Positions 12,336 through 27,064 of a stretch of 64,000 bases of DNA are shown here, in pieces; position 1 is the first letter of the stretch, and each line of letters opens with the position of its first letter. A program made the translations under genes and the position numbers. The notes below the pieces were generated by a model that was not told the DNA's origin, searched no databases, and saw only the letters and a program-made list of their open reading frames with translations. Source of the DNA: Octopus sinensis (Eukaryota); assembly GCF_006345805.1 (NCBI RefSeq), contig NC_043010.1, positions 18,352,001 through 18,416,000 of the forward strand, written 5' to 3'.

Positions 12336-13040
12336 ATATATGTGTGTGTGTGTGTGTGGGTGTGTGTGTGTGTGTGTGTATGTATTGTATATACACACAC
12401 ACACGTTTATGCACATATACAGGTACATAGATATGAATATTAACAAATTGAAAGCTATTATATTTATAAACGAACGTGTACATACATACATATTTGGAAA
12501 TATGCATATGTACGTATGTATGCACGTATGTAAATACAAGCAGGTGTACACCGTGTGTATGTATGTATGTATGTATGTATGTATGTATGTATGTATGTAT
12601 GTATGTATGTAGATGCATGCACACAAATATATAATTAGTTTTCATCAAGAACGAAAGCTGAGAGCCTGGGGGTTGCAAATCGTAAACTTCAACCTAAATC
12701 CACCTTGTCATCTTGGTAAAAATTTAAATCACAGATGAGATCGTTTAAATTACAAAGACACCCAGCTTCCATAAATCCAAACATGGCTTGCATTAAAATC
12801 GATGGTGTTTTATTCAATTTCGCTTCTTATTCCTTTCTAACCAGATTGAAGAGGAACTGCAACAGGAGTTGCTCAGAGGCACGTCTGTGAATACCTAGCA
12901 GCGAAATTTTAAACTTTCGACATTTAAGTACGAGAAGCTTCTAGACTTTTCTCACTGCTGGAATGAATACACACACACACACACACACACCACACACACA
13001 CACACACACACGTATGTATGTATGTATGTATGTATGTATG

Positions 13041-13072
<32 letters not shown>

Positions 13073-13499
13073 ACAGAAATAATTGAATTAAATTCATAAA
13101 TTCTCGTTATTGAATTTATATTATTTTACGTTTTAAGAAGGAAATGGAGGAGGTATTTTCTTTTCGCTTTCTTCGTTTTACAAATTCGCCATTGCTTCCA
13201 GGTAACGGAGAAGATAAAAATAGACACGGAGAATATAGGGATTCCTGTAGACGATCAAATATAAAGATGTATAAACAACACAAATGAATATGTACATTCT
13301 TTCTTACGCTTGTATGTGTGGTCTCGCTATGTGTGGTGTGGTGTGTGGTGTGTGTGCGCGTGCGCGTATATAAATGTACGGAGAGAGAAAGAGAGAGAGA
13401 GACTGACAGACAAAGAGAAAACAAGGGTAAGAGAAAGATACACACAAATATGTATACATACACACACACACACGCAATATGTATGTTGTATGTAGTATA

Positions 13500-13613
<114 letters not shown>

Positions 13614-13635
13614 ATACGATATAGTGTATATTTAA

Positions 13636-13953
13636 ACACATAAGGAATCCACTTATAGAATTCAACCACGCTAGAAAGAACAGCTACGTTCTATAACCAC
13701 AAAAATTAGGGATAAAATTCGACAGGAACGAATTGAAAAATGAAAAACATTTTACCATCTTGTTTCCTGGACCAATTGGTTCCTTGACTCGCTAAACTAA
13801 GATCAGAAACTAATTGGTCCAGGAAACTAAATGGTAAAATGTTTTTCAATTTTCAATTCGTTCTTGTCGAATTTTATCCCCAATTTTTGTGGTTATAGAA
13901 CCTAGCTGTTCTTTCTAGCGTGTTGAATTCCTATAAGTGGATTCCTTATGTGT
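13636..13953. repeat. Foldback element, arms about 148 bp with about 20-bp spacer
   Basis: ACACATAAGGAATCCACTTATAG... / ...CTATAAGTGGATTCCTTATGTGT; arms match along almost their whole length; TA-rich flanks. Confidence 0.92.
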
Positions 13954-14121
13954 CTATGTATATATAGATATATATATATAGGAGATAGTAATAATTTTCT
14001 ATATGGATCATACCCAGCTCTCATCTCCTATTGTGTGTACTCACCCACACATATATATTTACATATAATACATATATGTAATTTGATAAAACTAAATATA
14101 GTTTAAAACTTTTGGCCCAAG

Positions 14122-14312
14122 GTCAGCAATTCTAGAGGAGGCAGTAAGTCGATTACATCGACCTCAGTACGCAACTGGTACTTATTTTATCGACCTAGAA
14201 AGGATGAAAGATAAAGTTGACCTCGGCTGAATTTGAACTCAGAACGTAGCGGCAGACGAATGCCGCTAAGCATTTCGCCCGGTGTGCTAACGATTTAGCC
14301 AGTTCACCGCCC
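14122..14312 (-). mobile_element. SINE family B
   Basis: Reverse complement of the family B head and central domain. Confidence 0.82.
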
Positions 14313-14558
14313 AGCTCAGATGAAGTCTGAACATGTATAAGGCAGCTGTTTAAGCGTTGGTTCAATTAGGATATCTACGAAGCGACGGTTGTGTTGAAGA
14401 GGCAGAAATTCGTCCGTGTAGAAGTAAATAAAATGTTACCAAACAGGGAATCGAGTTTCCTCTCTGTCAGAACAAATGAATGAATGGAGTGTGAATTGAT
14501 TGGAAAGTGGTCTGAGGAAAAGGAGACATTAACACACACACACATGCACACACACACA

Positions 14559-14602
<44 letters not shown>

Positions 14603-15205
14603 CACACATGGATATATAGTGTCTCGGTGTTGGCGATTGTAGTGATGTAGAGAAAAGGGTTGTTTTGTCTATTTCCCTATTCTCCTATGTGAAATCCATT
14701 GCGGATAAAGGGTTCTTTACGTTACCAGATTAAATCCTGTCGACTTTACCTTTCATTTTTTGGGGGTCCAATAATATAAAGTACCAGTCATGTACTGGGT
14801 TCAATGAATTCAATTAAATCCCTTCCCGTCACAATTTCTGGCCTTCTGCTTAAATTAGAAACCATTCTGCTAATTAAGGACGTCCATATTTATTACACTA
14901 TATTAATTAAAGATGTCTATATTACACTATATTAATTAATATGTAATTTCTCTAGATTAAGAATTACCGCAACGTCATGGTGGTGGTGGTGGTGGCGGGG
15001 TTAGTGATGTGGCTGTTGTTGTTGTTGTTGTTATTTAGCTTTCAGTTTTAGCCCCAACCGACAAACAGTTCGGTGATGAAAGGGATTTCCGTCGTCAATA
15101 TCCCATCTTTGTCATATCTTCAGGGAATACAGGACCTCATTACCTTACGTGGTGGGGGTGCTCTTGTTGTGGTGGTGGTGGTGGTGGTAGGAAAGGATAT
15201 TTAAA

Positions 15206-15278
<73 letters not shown>
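15206..15278. repeat. Perfect (TAC)n microsatellite
   Basis: Directly visible. Confidence 0.97.
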
Positions 15279-15279
<1 letters not shown>

Positions 15280-15702
15280 TCAGTTACAATTGTTTCTTTA
15301 TTTGCCAGAAGGGCAGAGGATGAGCTGACATTCCAAAAACTGTGTCAACTTGTATGAGGAAACAGCAACAATAACAAGAACAACATCAGTGTATAAGGAT
15401 GTGTGATGAGGGATATTAAATTATAAAGGCATATGAGGAAACAAAGTCGAGATGCATGAATTATCCATGCTCCCACCACCCACCCCCAATTTGTTTTTCT
15501 TTTCCCATGTTAGAAATCGATGAAATCGCCATCTTCCCCATCTGAAATTTCTTTAGAAAAACCTTTTCTTCCGGAAGTTATGAGGTGTGTGAATTATCCG
15601 TAACTCCTCTTCCTTTCCGTCTGAAAAGCTTTCTCCACAACAACTTCCGATATAATCGGAAACTACACCAACGGAAAGGGGTTTTGGAGGAAACTTCATG
15701 CG

Positions 15703-16120
15703 CATGCGTGGGACAAAGTAAGACATTTGTTTCCCAACCGCATGGTTCCGAGTTCAGTTCCACTGCGTGGAACGCAAAAGTCTTTTACTATAGCTCCAGG
15801 CGAACGAAAACTTTGTGGGGTGGATTCGGTAGATGGAAACTGAAAGAAGCCCGCCGTATATACATGTGTTTGTATGTGCATGTGCGTGTGTGCGTGTGCG
15901 TATGTGTCTTTGTGTCTGTGTTTGTCCCCTATCACCGCTTGACGACCGGTGTTGGTTTGTTTACGTCCCCGTTAACTTAGCAGTTCGGCAAAAGAGACCG
16001 CTAGAATAAGTACCAGGCTTTAAAAAAAGCACTGGAGTCGATTCGTCCGACTAAAAACTCTTCAAAGCGGTGCCCCAGCATGACCGCGGTCTAATGACTG
16101 AAACGACTTAGAGATGAAAG
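15703..16120 (+). mobile_element. SINE family A, full length, diverged
   Basis: Head, GGAAACTGAAAGAAGCCCG, internal (TG)-rich tract and tail GCGGTGCCCCAGCATGACCGCGGTCTAATGACTGAAAC. Confidence 0.85.
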
Positions 16121-16492
16121 ACATAGATCCATTTCATAGAAGGTTGTAAGGAATAAAAAGTCAAGTGAGAACAGAGTTCTGTAGTTATGTCCTAAACTTA
16201 TTGACTGAGCGAATGAGAAAAATGAAACAGAGTTGAGTAGAAACGAGTATTAGACATAACATTAGAAAAATTACAGAAATTGGAAATCACCTGTGAAAAT
16301 ATTATTTAGTGACCAGCATACATACATTATTTAGTGACATACATACATACATACATACATGCATACATAAAACCACCCGGAGGGCCGTGTTTCTGTGCAG
16401 TCGCTGAATGGGTCGAGAGGGTATCCATGTCAAATGGCGATTACATGAACACCTAAAAACAGTAGTGAAAATGTGGTATACATACATACATA

Positions 16493-16556
<64 letters not shown>

Positions 16557-16565
16557 ACATTGATA

Positions 16566-16930
16566 TGTTTCGACCAAAGATTGACTCAGGCCATCTCTAA
16601 CTTAAAAGCACCACCTGATGGGATTAACTAAATCCATTTTTAAGTTAAGTTTTGTGGTATCATGGTCCATTCGAATAAGGAGTTCTTGTTGAGTGAGTCC
16701 TATCCAGGTATAGGTGGCTTATTTGGTATCCCTTGAAGGAATTTGTCCAGATTCCGTTTAAAGGTGATGGGATCCTTTTTTCTTTGATCTGCTTTAGGAC
16801 GATGTTAAATAAGGCAGGGTCTGTTGAGGAAGACAGATTGTATTGCAGTGTATTTATGTATTGTGATCCTGAATTGGGCAGGGGACATTTGGCCCGTCAT
16901 CCTAGCTATTGATGAATTCTGAAATTAATT
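16566..16930 (-). mobile_element. 3' end of another CR1-type LINE family
   Basis: Minus-strand hand translation gives ...STDPALFNIV...DPITFKRNLDKFLQGIPNKPPIP..., matching the ORF2 C-terminus pattern, followed by a stem (GGCC...GGTC) + GAAACA terminus. Confidence 0.7.
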
Positions 16931-16989
16931 AGAAAATTACTATTTTTAAATCTCACAGCGTGAGATATTCAGCAACAGTACTTTGTAGT

Positions 16990-17244
16990 AAAGATTGTTT
17001 GCCAACATAACATGGCAGTCCTGGTTTAGGACGAATGCTGCTGTAATTTAGCCCCAGGAAACATCGTCTCCAGCTAGCTGTACAACACAATCTGTGTCCT
17101 TATATATATATATTTTTTTTTTTCGAAAGTATAAGGACACAGATCGTGTCGTATAGCCAGCTGGAGATGATGTCTCATGGGGCTAAATTACAGCAACATT
17201 CGTCCTAAACCAGGACCTCCATGTTATGTTGGCAAACTGTCTTT
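16990..17244. repeat. Foldback element, arms about 115 bp around a TA/T spacer
   Basis: TTTGCCAACATAACATGG...GTGTCCTTATA / TATAAGGACAC...CCATGTTATGTTGGCAAA. Confidence 0.9.
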
Positions 17245-18049
17245 TCTGAAATTAACGTTGAGTTCGTTTGGACAATGTTGATGGTATATTCTCCACATCG
17301 TGCAAATGGTTGCTATCATTCACGGCCCGGGAGGAGAGATAGAGTTTATACATACCATACCACATACATACAACATACATACATACATACACCTACATAC
17401 ATACATACCATACATACATACACACATACATACATGCATATATACATACATAGATACATGCATATGTATACATATATACATACCATGCATATATATATAT
17501 CTATATAGATATATATATATATATAGATAGATGAGAGAGAGATGATGAGAGGAGAGAGAGAGAGAGAGAGGAGGAAGAGATTCGATGAATATGGTACTTA
17601 AGTTGAGGCACCAAAATTTAGTACGGTATTATCCATACAATTCCAAAATAAGGTGATTAAAATCAAAATAAGCAACAAGGATATCCAGAGGCAATGCAGT
17701 ACGATCGCTTCATGCAACTCCATTTAATTGAATAATGCAATCATTACATCAATTTGAATGCAGAGCAGTCCTCAGCAGCATAAAGACATAGAATTTGATT
17801 TAATTAAAACAGATGGACACATTAGTATAATTATACCTAAAATTTCCAAGAAGGTAAGGAGATACACAAAGAACATGCTGACTTCACATCAGCTTAGAAG
17901 CTACTAAGGTATCAGGAAGAAAGACTTGTTGCAGCTTTTGCTTGTCACGGTTTTTATGTTCATTTAACAACTTCTATTGAACTGTGCACCAAATATGATC
18001 TGGTCGAGACAAAAGCCTTTTTGTAGCCTTTCAGAAAATGATTTTGTAG

Positions 18050-18730
18050 CTGGCGTCCTCAGCGGTCAAAGCGACGACCTCTTTTGGACGACACACATGC
18101 CCGCAGAGGCACGATTGCGGATATAAGCTGACATGCGCCATGAGGGGAGCTGACTGCCTCAAATATTGAGACGTGCCACTTGTCATTTGTGTGTGACGTA
18201 GAGATGCAAGTCGGCAAATCTATGCTTAAAATAACTGAATGTCAACAACCAAAAAGACCTTGAATAGTAATGCCATTCGCAGTCACTATAACCATCCGAC
18301 CAACAGTGCAACCTGACACTCCACTAAGTGATGCTGCACCAACCTCTGCCACAGAAAGCTTCGCAAAACGCAAGCGTACTGATTGGCTTGGCGAAAATGA
18401 TGGAAAGGTGGAAGGGCAGCCTGGTGAAAGACGAAGGTAGCATGAAACAATTCTTGGTGGACGAGGTACACGACAAGCTGCCGCTGACTCAAAAAGGCAG
18501 ATGCCTTACTACGAAAGGAACTACGGTGGTATTTTAAAGAGAGATGGAGGAAGGAGGAAGAAATTCGGCTCATTACTGGCTTTCACAATATGAAGACTGT
18601 CTAAGCCAGTGTAAGCGCACGGTACTCTGGAAAGTAGAAACACATCAATGAGAAGGTAGAATGGATCGCATCTCTGCAACCAAAAAGAGGGACATCATAA
18701 AGCGCTGGTGGGAACATTTTGGAAAAGTTT
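18050..18730 (+). mobile_element. RTE (BovB-like) LINE fragment, APE end and linker
   Basis: Hand translation KRKRTDWLGENDGKVE (RKHQDWFDENDxEI-like) and KRDIIKRWWEHF (ILERWAEHF-like); GADC near 18160. Confidence 0.7.
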
Positions 18731-19398
18731 AAGCGAACCTTCAACAATTTCTCATAAACTTGTGGACTGTGTCCTACAAATCCCGGCAGGTATCAGTTTG
18801 GTTCAACCACTGAATATGAAGCAGCTAGTAACAGCCTCACGTGGTACGCAATCAGAGCAGTCTCCTGATGCTGAAAACATCACCCCCCCCCCAAGTCTAT
18901 GAATATGGTTTGAAGGAATGATGTCTCATATACATATTGATTTTCAATCAAATCTCCTGCGAGTTAACATGGGATCCCTTAACGAACAAGTAACCTCCAT
19001 TTGACTAAGGTATCTTTGGCGTGATGAGTAGTTAGGTAGCAGAGTACCCCTCGTTTGGGTAATTACTACTTCCGAGGTTCTGCTAGATAGGAAACATATG
19101 TAGCCTGGATTTGATCTACTTCATACCCCAAATTTGGATATACATACACGTCAATACACACCACACACACACACACACACACAGACGTAGGTATACGTAT
19201 ATACGGTCATGTGATCCGTATGGAGGGCAGTAAGATCTTGAATTCCTTCTTCTTCGTAGTCTTCCGTTTCATCCTTCCCACATGATCCCTATATTAATTA
19301 TTCACCCCTTAACCGTACTTTTATCAGCTTTTTGCTTCCTCCCGATATGAGCACAATGTAAGAGTGGCACCTTTTGATGCAAGTGCCACTCAAACATT

Positions 19399-19818
19399 AC
19401 TCTTTACTCTTTACTCTTTCACTTGTTTCAGTCATTTGACTTCACCCATGCAGGAACACTACCTTTAGTCGAACAAATCGACCCCAGGACTTATTCTTTG
19501 TAAGCCTAGTACTTATTCTATTGGTCTCTTTGCCGAACCGCTAAGTTCGGGGGACGTAAACACACCAACATCGGTTGTCAGCAATGTGAAGAGGACAAAC
19601 ACACACACACACACACACACACAACACTTACATACATATAGCTATATATAATATATATATTTATACGACGGGCTTCTTTCAGTTTCCGTTACCTACCAAT
19701 CCCTCACAAGGCTTTGGTCGGCCCGAGGCTTAGTAGAAGACACTTGGCCCAAGGTGCCACACAGTGGGACTGAACCCAGAACGCATATGGTTGTAAGCAA
19801 GCTACTTACCACACAGCA
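19399..19818 (-). mobile_element. SINE family A, full length
   Basis: (CTCTTTA)n tail, internal CA/TA tract, CCCAAGGTGCCACACAGTGGGACTGAACCC head. Confidence 0.88.
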
Positions 19819-20065
19819 CTTTTCACTTCGAATTTTTGTGTAAACTGGTGTTGCAAGCAGAATTGGTAGAGAAACATTTGTAATGAATCAGCGAAAATAT
19901 GTTGAACGGTTTCTTTGCCCTTTTATTATGCGGATTATAGTTTACACTTCGCGACACCCACGCAACAATTTTACTGTCGTTGAAGAATGTTGGTATTAGT
20001 CTGGAATCCGTCAGTGTTGATAACCCAGAACTCAGGTTGGGTGCTTCTCTGAAAATACCTTACCT

Positions 20066-20297
20066 ATTTCTTTATTACCCACAAGGGGTTAAACACAGAG
20101 AGGACAAACAAGGACAGACAAACGGATTAAGTCGATTGCATGGACCCCAGTGCGTAACTGGTACTTAATTTATCGACCCCGAAAGGATGAAAGGCAAAGT
20201 CGACCTAGGCGGAATTTGAACTCAGAACGTAACGGCGGACCAAATACCCCTAAGCAGTTCCCCGGCGTCTTAACGTTTCTGCCAGCTCGCCGCCCTT
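20066..20297 (-). mobile_element. SINE family B, left unit
   Basis: CCTATTTCTTTATTACCCACAAGGGG...AATTTGAACTCAGAACGTAAC...CTGCCAGCTCGCCGCC. Confidence 0.88.
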
Positions 20298-20743
20298 TTC
20301 TCTGAAAATACCTTACCTTTATACTTTACCGGGACTTAATGTGTGTGTGTGTGTGTGTGTGTGTGCATGCGCGCGCACGTGTTTGTGTAAGTTGTTTACG
20401 TCATAAGAATCTATAAGCTTTTGAGAGAAGCATGAAATAATTCGTTTTCAATTGTAGAACTCGAAGCAGATAAAGCTATAATTAAGAACAAGTAGATATT
20501 GGGCTAAAAAGGCTGCGCTCGACTTTTTCCTTCACAAAGGTTTCCTATACAATATTTGCATGCTATTATCTACACTTTTATCTCCTTCCAGTTCAGCAAC
20601 GCCAAAGCAAAACTGCCAAAACGTCTCATTCTCCACCCCACCCCTACTCACACACATGCATATACACAAACTCACACATAGATACATATACGTGTTTGCA
20701 TGTCCTGTGTGTGTGTATATATATAAATATATATGTATGTATG

Positions 20744-20800
<57 letters not shown>

Positions 20801-20974
20801 AAATATGCACACAGACTTATACATACATTCATATATATACATATATATACATACACACACACACACACACCACACACCCATATCTATATATATATAATAT
20901 ATCATTTTATATATATACATTTATATATATACATTTATATATATATATACATTTATATAATACATATATATATG

Positions 20975-21039
<65 letters not shown>

Positions 21040-21956
21040 CATATATATATAACACTTATATATTAACATATAGACGAGAATACGCACTTAGCAAATTTTT
21101 AAATAAAACTTAAAAACAGAATAAAATTAAATGATAGCAAATTTAAATAACTGATTACAATGAGTGAAAATGGATTAAAATAAAATAGATTAGTTATGGT
21201 AGAAAAACAATTCTATCGCCTATGAATTATCTCATATCGGCAGTTTCAAAATTAGTTTTTTTTTCATTGTTGTTACTCTGATTATGGCTTAATTTGTATC
21301 TATTTTGTTATCGTTATTTCTTGAAAACTAATTCTATTACTTCTTTTTTTCCCCTACCTTTTTCGTTAATTGGGAAAAGCCCCAAATTTTAAATGTCTAC
21401 AGTGACTAACAGTTACATGATCAGTCAGTTGCTATGAGTTTTAATTCTGTTGTGTGTCACCTGTACATAGAGGACATTTTTTTTTATCTCGTTGGTTTAG
21501 TTTTGACAAAATGTCAGAGAGACCATTTTAAATTATAAATTATACCCTTAGATTTTAGATTAAAAATATATTTCTCGAAGGAGGCTGAATACTTGAGCAT
21601 TTAATTCGAAAATTAATTGCATTCCAAATAAAACCTTTAAAACAGCTGCAGTAGGGACTATATAAAATTTAGGAGTATTATAGTTTCGAACTGTGTACTT
21701 GTAAACTGCATATTTTTTTTAGCTGACAATATCTTTTGAATGGACAATTATCTCTGAGTCTACAATTACATGGAAACTTATGGTTTTTAGATTGAATATG
21801 TTTTATCTATCCTTCCATCTTCTACACCCTCTGTTTCTGGGAGGGTCGTGTGGTTAGGGTTCTCCTGCATAGGGTCTTATCAGAAGCGACCGTCATCAGA
21901 CTTTCCGGTTGGATTCCCAAGTGTGACTAAGTGATACAATGAATGTTATCCAACCC

Positions 21957-22056
21957 NNNNNNNNNNNNNNNNNNNNNNNNNNNNNNNNNNNNNNNNNNNN
22001 NNNNNNNNNNNNNNNNNNNNNNNNNNNNNNNNNNNNNNNNNNNNNNNNNNNNNNNN
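21957..22056. other. Assembly gap of 100 N
   Basis: Run of exactly 100 N, probably a nominal-size scaffold join. Confidence 0.99.
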
Positions 22057-22071
22057 TCGTATGTATATATA

Positions 22072-22111
<40 letters not shown>

Positions 22112-22266
22112 GCGTACTGATTTATATAATATATATATATATATAATATATATATATTATATATTTATACACACACACAAATTAAAGATAAGAAAGAAAA
22201 ATCATGCATCATCAAAGCTTGTTTCTTCCAGTAGATATATGGCATATAATCCCTATAAATCTCTGA

Positions 22267-22356
22267 CCGACACAGGTTTCTATTGCATAGATATCCTAGA
22301 ATGTGGCACCTAAGTTGCACAACCTAGGATATCTATGCAATAGAAACACGTGTCGG
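22267..22356. repeat. Short hairpin, 33-bp arms (31/33 match), 24-bp loop
   Basis: CCGACACAGGTTTCTATTGCATAGATATCCTAG / CTAGGATATCTATGCAATAGAAACACGTGTCGG. Confidence 0.9.
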
Positions 22357-23094
22357 ACGAAGACTTAAAGTGAGTATATTGTAAATAATACTGTAATAAA
22401 CACACTTTGAGGATGTATAAATCTCCATTCTTATTTTTAATCTCTTAAATATACTCTATATACTGTATAAAATCCAAAAACGCACACTCGGGTTTCAGAT
22501 ACTGTGCGATTGTTTACCTTAAACAATTTCCAGTTGTTCGATATCATTTACACTAGAGTACTTCTAAGGTACCTGCTCGGATTTAATATCTCTATTCCTT
22601 CATGTTATACATACACACGTACACACGCAAACACATACATACATACATACATACATACATACATACATACATACATACATACATACATACATACATACAT
22701 ACATACATACATACATACATACATACATACATACATACATACATTCTTATTTAATTTCTTTTGCAGGATTCATGATGTAAAATCGTGTGTTGAAACAGTG
22801 TTCTTGCCAAATAAGTACACGCCACTATATATTCGTTCTTCACTCGAACGAATATACAGTGTATGTGTGTGTGTGTGTATAATGCATATATACGTATATA
22901 TATACATCAAATATGTATATAAAATATACATATTTAATGTATATATATATATATATATACACCGACACATACACATACATATATATATATATACAAAGAT
23001 ATATATACATTATGCATATGCGTGTATATATGTATACACGCTGAACTCAACACGTTTTTTTTTCATTCTCTCTCTGTTTCTTTTCCTCTTATTC

Positions 23095-23130
23095 CTTTCT
23101 GTTGAAGAGCGTAGGCTCGAAACGTAAAAG
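23095..23130 (+). ncRNA. Minimal hammerhead motif with a core mutation (probably inactive)
   Basis: CTTT-CTGTTGA-A-GAGC-GTAG-GCTC-GAAACGTA^AAAG; downstream ~90 bp resembles that of the 60672 copy and ends at a TA tract. Confidence 0.5.
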
Positions 23131-23268
23131 ACTTTTTCATTTTTCCTTAGCGTCATACTTAATACATTTTCTGGTTGTTCAAACACTCGTCTTCGTCTTT
23201 TGTTTTTCTATAAACTTCAACTATATGTGTGTGTTGTGTGTGCGTGTGTGTGTGTATCTAAATGTATT

Positions 23269-23372
<104 letters not shown>

Positions 23373-24057
23373 GTCTGTGCAATGAAGGTTACAAACAGAC
23401 ACTCGTAGACCTCCTTAAACAATATGTTAATTCGTTTGATTGGGGTGTGACTGCAGTCAACACAAAACAGTACAGAATGGCGGCTTTGCTAAGACATTAA
23501 TTTAATAAGTCTGTCACAGAGAATATCTGTGAAATTCCAGGGATTCTGAAATTAATGTGTCAAAAACACTATAATCCAAATAATAGACTTTAGAGTGGAG
23601 ATGCTTCCGAGTTGGTTTTTAATTTAACATATATTTAATCATACTCTGACCTATTTACACTAAACACACACATATATACACGCGCGCGTACGTACTCTCT
23701 CACACACACACACAACACACACACACACACACACACATACCTCATACATACACACATTGACGACGTTTTAAGAATAAAGAAACTTCGAGAGAACATGAAA
23801 TAATTCCGGTTTTTTTTTTTTTCCTTCTGAACAGTTTAACTCGAAGTAAATAAAGCTTTGAATAACATCGTGTAAGTATTTGGTTAAACATTTTTTTTTT
23901 AATCGATAGAAAAATTCGGATTGCTTTGGTCCAATTGTAGAACGTCTTTCATGTTTACAGGGGATATGGGTTCAAATCCCACCAGCAGCCTTCGAATTTT
24001 TCTATCCTAATGGGTTTTTAATCCAATGTTTACATGCCATTATTTATAACTAAACTG

Positions 24058-24268
24058 AAAACGGCGAGCTTGACAGAATGCTTAGCGGTATTTCGTCGGA
24101 CAAAATGCTTAGCGGTATTTCGTTCGTTTTTACCTTCTAAGTTCAAATTCCACCGAGGTTAACTTTACCTTTAATCCATTCGAGGTCGATATAATAATTA
24201 ACGGTTGAACACTGGATTCGATTTAGATCAATTGGCTCCCTATCCCGAAATTTCAACCCTTGTGCCAA
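24058..24268 (+). mobile_element. SINE family B, diverged
   Basis: GGCGAGCTTGACAGAATGCTTAGCGGTATTTCG (duplicated), AAGTTCAAATTCCACCGAGG. Confidence 0.78.
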
Positions 24269-24932
24269 TATTTGAAAATATTATTTTTAGCTTTATTTGC
24301 TTCGAGATAAACCATTCAAATACAGAACTATATTTACGTGTGTATATGCGCGCGCGCGCGCGTGTGTTGTGTGTGTGTGTGCGCGTGTGTGTGTGTGCAT
24401 GTGTATGTGTGTGTATATGTGTATGTGTATATGTGTATGTGTGTAATTTACAACACAACCTGGAACTGAAGAGAGTAAATACATTCCTTCCATTCTTTTG
24501 ATATACGGGAAAAAATGACGAGTCTCTAAACGGACCGTTACATGATTTGTCGATCACCCCTCAGAGAAGATGCGCTCGATTTCCTTTCCTAATCAATAGG
24601 ATAGAGTCTTCGGCTTTTGTGTAAAGCAGTCGTAGGTCATTTTAACGAATTAGCCGACGAAGATTCTATGTTACTGATTAAGGAATAAAACTGCAGATAA
24701 ATTGGCCGCTAGAAGAGTCTCCATCTCTTTCTACCGCACACCAAAAGCTGAGAAGAAATCTGCTGTCCTTTTTAATACTTCACTCAGAGCCAAACTTTAT
24801 TATATGTTAATTTATTCTTCTGATTTACGCTCTGCTGTGCATAAATTATATATTGTTTAATAATTGACGTCAAAAACATACATAAGCAAATTGGGTTATT
24901 CACTTTTGTAGAAGCCTAATTTATCACTGCTT

Positions 24933-25270
24933 GAAGGCGCATGGCTCACTGGTTAGAGCGTCAGGTTCACAATTATGAGGTAGTGAGTTCAATTCTCGGA
25001 CCTGGCTGTGTGTTCTTGCGCAAGACACTTTATTTCATATTGCTCCAGTTCACTCCGGTGTAGAAATGAGTTGCGACATCACTAGTGTCAAGCCGTATCG
25101 GCCTTTGTCTTTCCTTTGGACAAAACCGGTGGCGTGGAGAGGGGGTGCTGTTATGCATGGGTGACTGCTAGTCATCTATAAACAACCTTGACTAGACTTG
25201 TGCCTCGGAGGGGAACTTTCTAAGTACAATACTATACTCATTCATCACTGAAGGGGTTCCTTCTATCTAG
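24933..25270 (+). mobile_element. tRNA-derived SINE family C (CORE-like)
   Basis: A box TGGCTCACTGG, B box GAGTTCAATTC, then TTCTTGCGCAAGACACTTTATTTCATATTGCTCCAG, resembling the MIR/CORE segment. Confidence 0.8.
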
Positions 25271-26924
25271 TGACTGAAAATATTATGTTGTTGATTGGGA
25301 AGGGATGGCTGGTAAGTCTTCTCTGAGGAACGACCAATAAATTGTGAAACGGTTCGTCTGGAGACTCCACTCCTTTTTTTTTTCAGCATTGAAAAATGTG
25401 TTCACTTTCTTCTTATTTCGCTCACAGTCAGGTTTTTTTATATTTAAATTTATTTCAGTCCTCATAAGTGTAAGTGTGCGTATACATGTGTGTAAAATAC
25501 AAAGTGTCTTAAGATGGTATCCCTTCTTTGGACAAAGAGTAAAAGCTTTTCTTCGGCCTGAGACCACGAGATTGTGAGGATTCTCACATCTGTCATAGAG
25601 TGAAGATGAAAGAAAACTAATAACCACTACAGTTCCTGGTTTTTAATCTATATGATGTATACACATTGATCTGATACTTATTAGAGACAGAAAGTGGGGA
25701 AATGGTAGGGGACTCTGGGATAAGGCTTTTGAGAACTGTGAAATGAAATGCGACTCATACAGTTTTCTTACCATACAGTTTTCTTACCAAAAGTACATTA
25801 ATACGCCAACCGTAGATTTGAACTCATAAGTAAGGACGAAAGAGTCCTTACTTATGAGTTCGAATTTATTTGACAGTGTGTGGATGCACAAACACACTTG
25901 CACACATGCGCGTGCGTGCAGAGAGAGAGAGAGTGTGAGAGAGAGAGAGAGAGAGAGTGAGAGAGAGAGTGAGAGAGAGAGAGAGAGAGTGAGTGAGAGA
26001 GAGAGACGCACGCACACACACACAGATAGAGAGACTGAGATATACTGGAGTTATGATATTACAACCCTAAGTCTTTTCATGGCACTGACTCATGAAACGT
26101 CGATCTTATGACTGACGTACCTCAGCGACATACGTCATAGCGAATGGAATTATTTGTCAGACTTTGGTAAGAAGTCTGCAAAACAGAATCCATGTCATTC
26201 ACCGTGACGATCTAACTATATCCACTTACAACACAACATTCCTCAGCCTATACTCATTGCAATATACATACATACATACATACATACATACATTTCATAT
26301 AAATTCTATACATATGTATATACATGCATGCATACATACGTTCATACACACAAACACACAAACTGATATTCAAAATCATGTAGGGAAATCTGTTTTATAT
26401 ACATTTACATATACAAACGTCTATAAAGTAAAGCGTATACATTTATGTGTGTATGTGAGAGATGTGTGTGTGCGTATAAGTGATTAATTCTTTCACGTAG
26501 ACTTGCAGCTCAAACGCATATTATACACTCCACTATTGATGTGGGCATGGGTTATAAGCATTATACATATATATATATATACTGACATACCCGCACATTA
26601 ATCGATCGAGGGTACTTTTGATTCAGGAAGCAATATCGTACACTGAGATTCAAAATCCGAATTATTGTAGCAGATTTGGTAAAGCTCGAAGAATTCAGAG
26701 AATGGTATGGCAGATGAAAGGAAGAGTTGTCGAGATAGAAGTTGGAGTCAGTAGACTTGCTATGGATGGGAGGGAAAATGTGGATATTGTTGATGGTGGT
26801 GCAGATGTCAAGAAAACTAACGCAGGCGTCAGACAAGGCAGAGGTAAAAATCTATGACGAACTGAAAAAGTTTTATAAAGAGAATGTGTCGCTTCTCTGG
26901 GCATGGACATATTGAAGCTCAGAT

Positions 26925-26982
26925 GTCGGTTGTCAATCGATGTTGGGTAGACAAACACAGACACACAAATGTATACACGCAC

Positions 26983-27064
<82 letters not shown>

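Noticed and set aside
24933-25010. tRNA-like A and B boxes here and at many other sites
   Set aside because: No complete cloverleaf, and each continues into a SINE body; these are SINE heads, not tRNA genes.
26620-26880. Possible RTE C-terminal remnant
   Set aside because: Similarity limited to a few residues (RLAMD); not distinguishable from chance.
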